From the NCBI GenBank assembly GCA_004297215.1, contig SCUM01000001.1, positions 545,181 to 609,180 of the forward strand: a stretch of DNA of 64,000 bases. The letters are read 5' to 3'. Shown here piece by piece: positions 8,818 to 17,846 of the stretch. Position 1 is the first letter of the stretch. Each line of letters begins with the position of its first letter. The notes under the pieces are model-generated. The model searched no databases and was not told the origin of the DNA. It saw only the letters and a program-made list of their open reading frames with translations. Position numbers and translations under genes: made by a program. This DNA comes from Patescibacteria group bacterium. Lineage in GTDB: Bacteria; Patescibacteriota; Patescibacteriia; UBA9934; GWF2-40-263.

Positions 8818-9614
8818 CGCATGCCTCCATCCGGCTTGCGTCTCACGCCATAGATGCCCCCGCGAGGAATCTGCAACATGAGGTCCGGTTCTGCGGGAAT
8901 CTTCCGATGCACCCTGACGGAGTAGTTCAGGAAGCGCCCATTCTCATTGAAAAGCCGGACGTATTCCTTCCAATCATCCCTGGTCTCGGGGCGCATGCGT
9001 CCGACGTACTGATGGGCGCGCACCTCATCGGCCGGCACCGCTTCGTACTCGGTCTCGTATTCGAGGGTCAGCGGAAGCTCGTCGAACAGCCCTGCCCAAT
9101 ACGCCTTCGTGCCGTCCGGCGAGAGCCTCGTGCCGATCTTGGCGTTGAACTCCTCGACGAGCGCTTCGGGCGGAGGGGTGCGGTAGTGATAGAGCGCGGT
9201 CAGCAGGTATCCCCACGGTTTCACGACGCGCAACGCCTCGATGACGTGCCCCCTCCTTTCCTCGGGCGGGATGAACGGGAGATGCCCGCTTACCACCACA
9301 TGGCTGAACTGACCGTCCGCGAACGGCAGCTTGCCGGCATCTCCTTGCTGGAAAGAAAGGAGATGCGCAACATGCCTGTCGACATTCTGACGCGCGGCGG
9401 CGATGCTCCCTTCATGCAAGTCGAGTCCGACGCATGTCGCCCCTACATATCGGGCCATCTCTATGGAGATGAACCCGGTCGAGCACCCGATTTCGAGAAG
9501 TGTCGACCACCGATCCATGAACGCGTTTCGCGCCCATTCCTTTACCGTCAGGTAGCTGCCCGGAGGCGTGTTGACTTGGCCGGATTTCGCGACGGTCGCC
9601 AGATACTTGCTCAT
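8814..9614 (-). CDS. Class I SAM-dependent methyltransferase
   Basis: LLEIGCSTG motif I, GLDL, GDAGKLPFADGQF, LRVVKPWGYL; GAGGAGG upstream. Confidence 0.88.
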   Translation of the reverse strand: MSKYLATVAKSGQVNTPPGSYLTVKEWARNAFMDRWSTLLEIGCSTGFISIEMARYVGATCVGLDLHEGSIAAARQNVDRHVAHLLSFQQGDAGKLPFADGQFSHVVVSGHLPFIPPEERRGHVIEALRVVKPWGYLLTALYHYRTPPPEALVEEFNAKIGTRLSPDGTKAYWAGLFDELPLTLEYETEYEAVPADEVRAHQYVGRMRPETRDDWKEYVRLFNENGRFLNYSVRVHRKIPAEPDLMLQIPRGGIYGVRRKPDGGMR

Positions 9615-9759
9615 GACCGAACCTCCTCATTCATTTGCCGTTTAAAGGACTCTTGATAAGGGACTGACTTACCAAGCCAATGACCTTAGGGCGTTTCCGG
9701 CGACTTGTCAAAGCTCGCGTAACGCTATATGAAAAGGGTATACTTTATGCCGTTGCGAT

Positions 9760-10140
9760 ATGGAAAAGAAGCCATATAGGCCGTTTCTGGTCTCATGCGG
9801 ATTACGGGGAGGATACGACCTGTCCGCCCCAACACGCGCCATCACGGACGCGCGCGCCATCATCCAAACGTGGCTGGAAACCAGGATGAAAGGCGGGAAG
9901 AAGGTCGCGGTCGGCACCCTGTTTGAGGGCCAGTTTGTCTATCCTTGGATCGAAGGGACGGACGTCTCATCGAGATACGAACCCGCGTTCCACTATAAGG
10001 GAATGATCCGGGAAGACGCTTCGGACGAGGAAGCGTTGGAGATGCTCGCCGACCTGGCGCATGAGCTTGCACGAACGCTCCACCAAAAGCGGGTGCACGT
10101 CGAATTCTGTTCGGCCTATTACCTCGTCGAAAACGCATAG
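9760..10140 (+). CDS. Hypothetical protein
   Basis: 126-aa ORF with globular composition, a TATACT-like box upstream and a hairpin downstream. Confidence 0.65.
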   Translation: MEKKPYRPFLVSCGLRGGYDLSAPTRAITDARAIIQTWLETRMKGGKKVAVGTLFEGQFVYPWIEGTDVSSRYEPAFHYKGMIREDASDEEALEMLADLAHELARTLHQKRVHVEFCSAYYLVENA

Positions 10141-10188
10141 AAAGGCGGGGTCGCGCGCCGATTCGGCGGAAATGCTTGCAGAAGAAAA

Positions 10189-10217
10189 GGCCCGGGAAGC
10201 GTCATGCTTCCCGGGCC
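10189..10217. terminator. Hairpin between convergent genes
   Basis: ggcccgggaagc-gtcat-gcttcccgggcc, preceded by an A tract. Confidence 0.6.
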
Positions 10218-10239
10218 GCGTCGGTCAATCGCCGCCGCG

Positions 10240-11544
10240 TCACGGGGCGAGCCGGTTCGGACCGCGATAGAGATAGGTCACCTCGCGGACGTTCTTGATG
10301 CCGAGGAGCACCATCAGCATGCGCGTGAGGCCGAACCCGTATCCTCCGTGCGGCGGGCAGCCGTAGCGGAAGCAGTCGAGGTAGTGCTTGATCGGGTCGA
10401 GACCCAACCCCTTTTCCTGGGCCTGTTTCACGAGCTGGTCGTACCGATGCTCACGCTGGGCCCCCGACGTGACCTCCAACCCCTTCCAGAGGAGGTCGAA
10501 GCTCTTCGTGAGGGAAGAATCGTGCTCGTGCCGCATGTGGTAGAACGGGCGGACGCGGATGGGGTAATCCGTCACGAACGCGAATTCGTGGCCGGTCTTC
10601 TCCATGACATGGGCGCACACCTGGCGCTCCCCTTCGGGATCCAGGTCGCCTTCGCATTCCGGCGGGATCACGTGGCCCCGGCTCGCGAGGACCTCGTACG
10701 CCTCGGTCATCGTGATGCGTGGGAACGGCACGGTCGGGACCGTCACCTCCACGCCGAAATGCTCCTTGATTGCCGTGCCATGCTTGTCCTTGATGACCTG
10801 GAGCACATGCTGCAGCCACCGCTCCTCCATCTGCATGACGTCGTCGTGGGAATCGATCCACGAGAGCTCGACGTCGACGCTGGTGAATTCCGTGTCATGA
10901 CGGGAGGTGAACGACGGGTTGGCACGGAACACGGGTCCAATCTCGAACACGCGCCCGAAGCCCGCGGCCATCGCCATCTGCTTGTAGAACTGCGGCGACT
11001 GGGCGAGGTAGGCAAGGCCGCCGAAGTACTCGACCTTGAACAACTCCGCGCCGGACTCGCTCGCGCTCCCCATGAACTTCGGGGAGTGGATCTCGATGAA
11101 ACCCTGATCGAGCCAGAACTGCCGCATCGCGTGCTCCGCCGTCGTCTGCACCCGGAAGATCAGGTGGTTCGCGGGCCGGCGGAGATCGAGGAACCGCCAG
11201 TCGAGCCGGAGGTCGAGCGAGGACTCCTCCGTGACCGGAAGCACGGCGGGGGCGGCATTGAGGACGTTGAGGTCCTCCAACACGATTTCCAACTGCCCCA
11301 GCTTGATCTTCTCGTTCTTGACCACGCGCCCTCGCAGATCGACCGCGGATTCCGGCGTGAGGCTGGAGACGAGGGCGTTGAGGGGGCTGTCGGTCTTCTC
11401 GCATGCGATCTGGACGATGCCAGAATGGTCACGGACGATTACGAACTGCATCCGCTTCTGATCGCGGATCGTCTGGACCCATCCCTTCACGCGGACCGTC
11501 TGACCATCGGCTTTGGGGAGGTCCCCGACGAGTGTTCTTTCCAT
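10240..11544 (-). CDS. aspS: Aspartate--tRNA ligase, short archaeal/non-discriminating type
   Basis: OB fold, LAQSPQFYKQ, GPVFRA...RHDTEFTSVDVE, SGAQR, PPHGGYGFGLTR; about 434 aa with no GAD insertion. Confidence 0.92.
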   Translation of the reverse strand: MERTLVGDLPKADGQTVRVKGWVQTIRDQKRMQFVIVRDHSGIVQIACEKTDSPLNALVSSLTPESAVDLRGRVVKNEKIKLGQLEIVLEDLNVLNAAPAVLPVTEESSLDLRLDWRFLDLRRPANHLIFRVQTTAEHAMRQFWLDQGFIEIHSPKFMGSASESGAELFKVEYFGGLAYLAQSPQFYKQMAMAAGFGRVFEIGPVFRANPSFTSRHDTEFTSVDVELSWIDSHDDVMQMEERWLQHVLQVIKDKHGTAIKEHFGVEVTVPTVPFPRITMTEAYEVLASRGHVIPPECEGDLDPEGERQVCAHVMEKTGHEFAFVTDYPIRVRPFYHMRHEHDSSLTKSFDLLWKGLEVTSGAQREHRYDQLVKQAQEKGLGLDPIKHYLDCFRYGCPPHGGYGFGLTRMLMVLLGIKNVREVTYLYRGPNRLAP

Positions 11545-11605
11545 GGCTTCTCTCCGTCTCTGTCTGTTGGGGTGATGTGATGCCTGTGCCGACGGCAGAG
11601 GCTGT

Positions 11606-12913
11606 TTAAGGAGCGATCTTGCGGCGGAAGATGCGCGGGAACGGGATCGTGTCGCGCACATGGGGGATGTTCAGGAGCCAACGGATGAACCGCTCGACCC
11701 CCATGCCGAATCCCCCGTGCGGGACGCAGCCGAACTCGCGCATCTGCCGGAGCCATTCGTACCGCGGATCACCGAACTTCCCCTTTTCCTTCATCCGATC
11801 ATCGAGCTCGGGCAGGGTAGAGATCTTTTCGGCGACGCCGAGCAGCTCCCCGTAGCCGTTCGTCGCGATGAGGTCCGCCGTCCTGGTGACGCGGGAATCA
11901 TCGACGTCGATGACATAGGGGAACGGCTCGATCTTGCGCGGAATGCCGGTAATCCAGAACGGGGAGGAGAATCCGCGCGACAAGATCTCCTCTTCATCCG
12001 ACCCCAGGCTGGCCCCGAACTCGAACGGGACGCCGAGGCTTGACAGCCGATTGACCGCCTCGACGTAGGTGATGCGCGGGAAGGGCACGCTCAGGCCATC
12101 GACGCAGAGCTCCGTCCCGAGCATGCGCGGGATATCCGAGTGATGCTCAAGACTGAACCGGACGACATGGCCGATCATGTCCTCGACGATGGCCATGAGG
12201 TCATCGACGCTGACCCACGCGAGCTCCGCCTTGATGTGCCAGTACTCCATGAGGTGGCGCTTGCTGCGCGTCTCTTCGGCGCGGAAGCTCGGCCCGATGT
12301 TGTAGACCTTCTCGAAGGCGTGGACCGCGCTTTCGAGGTAGAAGCCGACGCATTGGGTGAGGAACACGTTCTCGTCATGCACCGTTATGGGCATGGCCGT
12401 CCCGTCTTCATAGAGCGGGGCGGGGGTGAGGACCGGAGCCGTAATCTCGATATACCCTTTTTGGTTGAACCAGTCGCGCATCGCCATCATTGCGAGATGA
12501 CGGAACCGCAGGATGGCCATCACCTTGTCGTTCCTCAGGTACAGATGCCTGTTCTTGAGCAGATGGTCGGCCATCTTCACGTCGAAAATGTCGAAGGGGC
12601 TGCGCGGATGCGGGCTGATCTCGGCCGCACTCCCGATGACCTGCATCTGCTCGACACGGATCTCCGGGGCGTTCGAACCGCTCTCCAGGATCCCAATGAC
12701 CTTCACGGACGACTCGACGGGGACGTTCTTGGCGATGACATAGGCTGCGTTCTCCACCTTCACGACCGCTTGGATCATGCCGGTCGAGTCGCAGATATCG
12801 AGAAAGACGATGTCTTTCCCGTTTCTCCTTGACTTCACCCAGCCAGACAGATCGACCGCGGAACGTTCCGACCCGCTGCCACGCAGGAGATCTTTGACAT
12901 AGACCATCTTCAT
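11606..12913 (-). CDS. Asparagine--tRNA ligase-like class IIb paralog with an altered amino-acid pocket
   Basis: OB fold, NRHLYLR, GPSFRAEETRSKRHLMEYWH, VPHGGFGMGVER; start MKMVYVK follows AAGGA (alternatives 12931 and 12907). Confidence 0.85.
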   Translation of the reverse strand: MKMVYVKDLLRGSGSERSAVDLSGWVKSRRNGKDIVFLDICDSTGMIQAVVKVENAAYVIAKNVPVESSVKVIGILESGSNAPEIRVEQMQVIGSAAEISPHPRSPFDIFDVKMADHLLKNRHLYLRNDKVMAILRFRHLAMMAMRDWFNQKGYIEITAPVLTPAPLYEDGTAMPITVHDENVFLTQCVGFYLESAVHAFEKVYNIGPSFRAEETRSKRHLMEYWHIKAELAWVSVDDLMAIVEDMIGHVVRFSLEHHSDIPRMLGTELCVDGLSVPFPRITYVEAVNRLSSLGVPFEFGASLGSDEEEILSRGFSSPFWITGIPRKIEPFPYVIDVDDSRVTRTADLIATNGYGELLGVAEKISTLPELDDRMKEKGKFGDPRYEWLRQMREFGCVPHGGFGMGVERFIRWLLNIPHVRDTIPFPRIFRRKIAP

Positions 12914-13107
12914 GGCTATTTCCTTTGGCATCGATTGTGAACGTGCGTTCTTACGCGCGTAGCCGTCCCAAAGCCACCGGCCGTGGGACCGGACTTTTTC
13001 CCATATCTCTACCCTTCCGTCAAGAGCCTTGACGCTTCCCCTTCGGCCCGATAAGGTGCTCCATTCCCGTGCTTGTCTGTCGTAATGAACCGCAGCCCGA
13101 AACAAGC

Positions 13108-14238
13108 ATGGCACTCGTGCACCACGAACAAGTTCTCGAAGCCCTGAAGCGGTCCGATCGGCCGCTTCTTGTGGTCGGGGCCGGGAGCGGACCTGACGGG
13201 TATGCGTCCGCGGTCGGGCTTTCGCTCGTGCTCGCGAAGCTCGGGAAGTCGCCCGAGATCGTGGCCAACGACGGGGCGACGCCAAAGACCCTCGCCTTCC
13301 TGGGCGCGCAAGACGTGAAGACGTCACTTGAGAAGCTGCGCCGGTTCCGCATCACGCTCGATACGAGCAAGGTGGCGATCGACGAGATCGCACAGACGCG
13401 CACGGCGGACGCGCTCGTCATCGAGGTCTCTCCCAAGGCTGGGTTTTGGGAGCCGCATGACGTCGCGACCGCGGCCGACGGCTACCGGTTCGACCTCATC
13501 GTGACCCTGGGTGCCTCCGACCTCGAGGCATGCGGGGGCCCGTACCGCGACAACCCGGATTTCTTCTATGCGGTGCCGGTGGTGAACCTGGACCACGCCC
13601 CGGGCAACGAGCATTACGGGGCCGTGAACCACGTGGACCTCGCCGCCTGCTCCGTGGGCGAGTCGCTCGCCGCGCTCGTGACGCAGATGGATCCCGACCT
13701 CATGGACGCGGACGTGGCCACAGCGTTCCTCACGGGAATGATCGCGAAGACGAAGAGTTTCAAGGCCCCCGGCCTCACCCCGAAGACGCTCGAGGCGGCC
13801 GCGAAGCTCGTGGCGCTTGGCGCCCGTCGCGACGACATCGTGGGCAGCCTCTACCGCACCCGCTCCGTGGCCACCCTGCGGCTGTGGGGGCGCGCGCTCG
13901 CCCGCCTCAAGCTCGAAAAGGAGGCCAAGCTCGCCTGGACGCTCATCGGCCGCCAGGACTTCTTGCATGCGGGCGCGGACGAGGCCGACCTCCCCGACGT
14001 CATCGAGGAACTGATCGCCTCCTGCCCCGACGCGCATGTGGCGGCGATCCTCTATGAGAGCCGCGACGGCTCCGTCCGCGCCGTCATCCGCGCCGAGCGG
14101 CCGCACGACGCCCAGGAGCTCGCCTGCGTCTTCGCCCCCACGGGCTCGCGCGAAGAGGCCCGCGCGCGCTTCACGGACAAGACGATTTCCGAAGCCGAAC
14201 GCATCCTCGTGGGCGCTCTCATGATGAAGCTGACATGA
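13108..14238 (+). CDS. DHH/DHHA1 family (NrnA-like) protein with degenerate motifs
   Basis: PDG, DLIVTLG, VVNLDHAPGNEHYG (DHA in place of DHH), TGMIAKTKSF, LWGRAL. Confidence 0.8.
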   Translation: MALVHHEQVLEALKRSDRPLLVVGAGSGPDGYASAVGLSLVLAKLGKSPEIVANDGATPKTLAFLGAQDVKTSLEKLRRFRITLDTSKVAIDEIAQTRTADALVIEVSPKAGFWEPHDVATAADGYRFDLIVTLGASDLEACGGPYRDNPDFFYAVPVVNLDHAPGNEHYGAVNHVDLAACSVGESLAALVTQMDPDLMDADVATAFLTGMIAKTKSFKAPGLTPKTLEAAAKLVALGARRDDIVGSLYRTRSVATLRLWGRALARLKLEKEAKLAWTLIGRQDFLHAGADEADLPDVIEELIASCPDAHVAAILYESRDGSVRAVIRAERPHDAQELACVFAPTGSREEARARFTDKTISEAERILVGALMMKLT

Positions 14239-14267
14239 AAAACCGACCCCTCGCGGGGTCGGTTTTC
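14239..14267. terminator. Bidirectional intrinsic terminator
   Basis: aaaaccgacccc-tcgc-ggggtcggtttt. Confidence 0.8.
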
Positions 14268-14274
14268 CATTCCG

Positions 14275-17200
14275 CTAGTACGTCGCGGTCGCGATGAAGG
14301 TGAGCGCGTCGCCGTAGTCGGCGTGGGCCGCGGTCACGGGGGTGGCGTTCACGTTGACGGAAACACGGGCGCGTCCTGCGTCGATGGGATCCGAGGTGGT
14401 GGAGAGGATGGAGGCGTTCGTCGTGGTGAGGTTTTTCACGTCGTTGGTTGCCCCGTTCGCGGCGCAGGTGCCGGCGGTATAGTCTCCCGCCTTTGCGAAC
14501 GGGCCGCCGGCGGTCTGCGTGACGGAGATGACGCACAAGCCGTAGTTGGCGGTGGAGGAACTCATGGCCGCGGCGGAGTTGGGGATGGTGTCGGCCGGGG
14601 CCGAGGCGGAGACGAGGCCGCTGGAGCCGTTGACGTTCCTCACCGTGACCACAGCGCCCCCGGTGGCGTTGGTCGAGAGGTCGATCCAGACGCTCTTGTG
14701 CGTGGTGCCGGAGGAAGCGACCGTGCCCGGCATAATCTCGCCGAAGTCGAGGGAGTACGGGCCGGACGTCTCGGCGTCCCCCACGGACAGGTCGAGGTCG
14801 AAGGTGAGGGTGGGGTCCACCATGCCCGAGACGGTCACCTGGTCCTCGTCCACCACGGTGAAGGAACCGGAGCCGGAGTCGTTGCTCCAGGTGACGACAT
14901 ACGTGCCCGGGGTGGAATGGAGGGTGACCTTGGCGCCGGACAGGGTGATGGTGCCCACGCAGGCGGTCTTGGTCCCCGTGAGCGTGGTGGCGGTGTACCC
15001 GAAGCTCCCCACCGTCCCCCCGCCCGAGCAGGTGCCGGAGGTGAACGCCTGGGTCACGGTGAAGCCCGCGGGGAACGTGACCGTGAGCGGGGCCGTGTCA
15101 GGCCCGGTGAGCGCGAACTGGAGGGCGAAGTCCACGCCCGTGGACCCGGCCTTCAACCGGGAGAAGGTCATGGTGCCGGAGGTGGTGAAGGAGCCCACGG
15201 TGAAGGAAGAGTCGGAGTTGGTGGTGGCGCTCGCCGTGTCCCTCGCCGCGGCGCGGATGGTGTGAGAGCCGTCGGACAGGCCCGGGCCGATCGTGATGGA
15301 ACAGGAAGCGGGAGACTCGGCCGGGGAGAAGGTGCAGGTCTTGATGACGTTCGTCGGGTCTGTGGTGCCGTCGAGATACAGCTGGATGCGGTTCACCCCG
15401 TTGTCGTCGGTCGCTGTGGCGGAAATGGTGGTCTGCTGGTTGACCGTGGGCGTGGAGGGGGCGGCGTTGACCGCCGTCGAGAAGGCGGGCGGGTCGTCGG
15501 TGAGGGTGAGGGAAAGAGTGCCGGCGCTCCCGTCCGCGGCCGAATCAGGGCCGGAGCCGCCTGCCGCGAGGACAGACGCTCCGGAGCCGCCGATGGTGTC
15601 CGCTCCGGCGTCGAAACTGCAGCCAGCAGATGCGCTCGCATAGGCGATGGCGATGCGGCCTCCGCCGCCGCCGCCGCCGTCGGTGAAGGTCCCGTTTCCG
15701 CCAGCCCCTCCGGTCGTTTGGAACGTTGGCGCCGACGTGCAGCTGAAAGACCCGGCCGTCACGTACACGGATCCGCCGGAGCCGCCGCCGGCGGAGTATT
15801 CTCCCCCGCTCGTGCCGCCGGCAGAGCCGTTCGCGCTGACGGAACCGTTGTGCGTGAAGGTGCCGGAAACGTCGAGGCGCACCTTGCCGCCGCCCGCGCC
15901 GCCCGAGTACGGGCTCGCCCCGCCGCCGGAAGAACCAAAGAGGCTGGGAGCCGTGGCCGAACCGTATGTCACGCCGCCCGTGCCGCCGCCGGAGCCGTTG
16001 CCTCCCGCGCCGCCATGGCCGGCGCCGTCACCGGCATCCCAAGCGCCGCCGGTGAAGCCGTATCCGGACGTGGAGACCGCGCAGACGTTGCTGCCGTCGG
16101 GACCGTACCCGTGCCCGGTGGAACTTCGGCAGCCCTTCCCCGCGGCGCTGATCGAGGACCCGGAATCGATCGTGAGCGAGGTGAGCGTGGTCCAGGTGAC
16201 GTTGGCGTTCACCGCGGAGGACCCGGTGAGCGTGATGTCGATGGCGTCGTCGATGATCAGCTCGCCCTCGAGGGCCCCGTTCACGGTGAGGCCGGACCAG
16301 GACTGGTCGTCCCCGTCGGGGATGTTGAGGTTGATGTCGGTGTCGGTGCCGGTGTTGGTGAGCGTGACCCCGGAGCCTACGGTGAAAAACCCGGACGCTC
16401 CCAGGGTCATGGCTCCGGCAGAGGCGATGGTCGCGCCGGTGTTGATCGACGCCGAAGCGGCCGAGGTCACGCTGAACGCCCCGCCGGAAGAGAAGGTCGA
16501 GCCCGTGAGGAAGGCGACGGAAACGGGGGCGGAAAGCGTGAACGAGGCGATGGTCTGCCCGCAGGTGAACGTGCCGTCGAAATTCAAGGTCGTCCCGGCC
16601 GTGATGGAGGGGGTGGCGCCGCTCGAAATCCCGTTCTGGCAGTACTGGTTGTCCGCGTTCGCGTCGAACGTCCAGCTGTTCACGTCGTAATCCGTATCCG
16701 TGTACGTGAACCCGTGGAAGACCTTCACGTCGTCGTCGGTGGTGGGGCCGGTCCCCTGGGTGTCGACCAGGTATACGGTCCCGGTGTCGCCGGCCGTGGC
16801 GGCGCCTGGACCGGGGCCGCCGCTGGCAGAAAAATCACTTGAGTCAAATGAGAACGAACCCGACTGGTATTCGATGGCGATACGGCCGCCGCCTCCGCCG
16901 CCCGCGTCATACGTCTGGTCATATCCGGCGCCTCCATCGGCGCTGAACGTCCCGGTCGTCCCCTCGATAGCGGCGGTCGTCACGTAGATGGATCCACCGG
17001 AACCGCCTCCGGAACCGCCGATACCGGCATGGATGTAACCCGAGCCGCCGTTCGCCGTAATGGAACCGTTATGGGTGAACGTCCCGGAGACGGACAGGCG
17101 GACCGCCCCGCCTCCCGTACCGCCGACCGTCGTGCTGTCGACCGTCCCGCCCGATGAGCCGAACAGGACGGCGGCCGTGGCCGAGTCGTAGGTGGCACCG

Positions 17201-17748
17201 CCGGGACTTCCCGTGTGGCCGTTGCCACCAGCGCCGCCGTGGCCGCCGCCGCCCGATTCTACGCCGCCTGGGCTGTTCGCCCCGGATCCGACGGCGCCGG
17301 CCGTACACACGTTGGAGCCGTTGGGCCCGTACCCGCTGGAGGTGGTCCCTCCGCACCCTTGCACGCTCGCGCTCACCGTGGCCGTGTTCTCGATCTCAAG
17401 GTCGGAGAAATGGATCTCGGCGATGGCGCCAGTGCCGATATTGGAGCCAAGGGTGACCGTGGCGCCGGCCTTGATCTCGACGAGCGACGCGGTGCAGTCG
17501 TAATAGTCGCCCACGCTCCCTCCCCCGTCGTCCACGTCGTCAATCGACACCGAGCCGGTGACCTGGACGCCGGAAGTCCCGCCGTCGGAATCCGAGAACG
17601 GGCAGGAGAGGGCGGCGGCGCGGACCACGGCCGTGTCCTTGAGGAAGGAGAACCAGGTCGCGCTCGCGGCAGCGAACGCCAAAAGCGCCGTGACGACGAG
17701 CATGCTCGCGGTGCGCTTGAGGCGGTGGGGTTGGCGGAGGGAGAACAT
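14275..17748 (-). CDS. Large secreted glycine-rich surface protein with Ig-like C-terminal domains
   Basis: N-terminal signal/TM segment, two copies of a GGGHGGAGG...GGGSGGS...GGGGGGRIAI module, T/S-rich beta domains, ending LTFIATATY. Confidence 0.85.
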   Translation of the reverse strand: MFSLRQPHRLKRTASMLVVTALLAFAAASATWFSFLKDTAVVRAAALSCPFSDSDGGTSGVQVTGSVSIDDVDDGGGSVGDYYDCTASLVEIKAGATVTLGSNIGTGAIAEIHFSDLEIENTATVSASVQGCGGTTSSGYGPNGSNVCTAGAVGSGANSPGGVESGGGGHGGAGGNGHTGSPGGATYDSATAAVLFGSSGGTVDSTTVGGTGGGAVRLSVSGTFTHNGSITANGGSGYIHAGIGGSGGGSGGSIYVTTAAIEGTTGTFSADGGAGYDQTYDAGGGGGGRIAIEYQSGSFSFDSSDFSASGGPGPGAATAGDTGTVYLVDTQGTGPTTDDDVKVFHGFTYTDTDYDVNSWTFDANADNQYCQNGISSGATPSITAGTTLNFDGTFTCGQTIASFTLSAPVSVAFLTGSTFSSGGAFSVTSAASASINTGATIASAGAMTLGASGFFTVGSGVTLTNTGTDTDINLNIPDGDDQSWSGLTVNGALEGELIIDDAIDITLTGSSAVNANVTWTTLTSLTIDSGSSISAAGKGCRSSTGHGYGPDGSNVCAVSTSGYGFTGGAWDAGDGAGHGGAGGNGSGGGTGGVTYGSATAPSLFGSSGGGASPYSGGAGGGKVRLDVSGTFTHNGSVSANGSAGGTSGGEYSAGGGSGGSVYVTAGSFSCTSAPTFQTTGGAGGNGTFTDGGGGGGGRIAIAYASASAGCSFDAGADTIGGSGASVLAAGGSGPDSAADGSAGTLSLTLTDDPPAFSTAVNAAPSTPTVNQQTTISATATDDNGVNRIQLYLDGTTDPTNVIKTCTFSPAESPASCSITIGPGLSDGSHTIRAAARDTASATTNSDSSFTVGSFTTSGTMTFSRLKAGSTGVDFALQFALTGPDTAPLTVTFPAGFTVTQAFTSGTCSGGGTVGSFGYTATTLTGTKTACVGTITLSGAKVTLHSTPGTYVVTWSNDSGSGSFTVVDEDQVTVSGMVDPTLTFDLDLSVGDAETSGPYSLDFGEIMPGTVASSGTTHKSVWIDLSTNATGGAVVTVRNVNGSSGLVSASAPADTIPNSAAAMSSSTANYGLCVISVTQTAGGPFAKAGDYTAGTCAANGATNDVKNLTTTNASILSTTSDPIDAGRARVSVNVNATPVTAAHADYGDALTFIATATY

Positions 17749-17803
17749 CTGCGGATAGTATACTTCATCCCCCCCTGTACCCTGCATCGCGCTTGTGGAA
17801 AAG

Positions 17804-17838
17804 AAAAACCGCCCTTCGACGCTCATGGGGCGGTTTTT
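17804..17838. terminator. Intrinsic terminator
   Basis: aaaaaccgccc...gggcggttttt downstream of the TPR gene. Confidence 0.7.
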
Positions 17839-17846
17839 CGTTTCAC

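Noticed and set aside
7256-12913. Canonical microcin C (mcc) cluster
   Set aside because: No MccA-like peptide ending in Asn, no ThiF/MccB adenylyltransferase and no exporter were found
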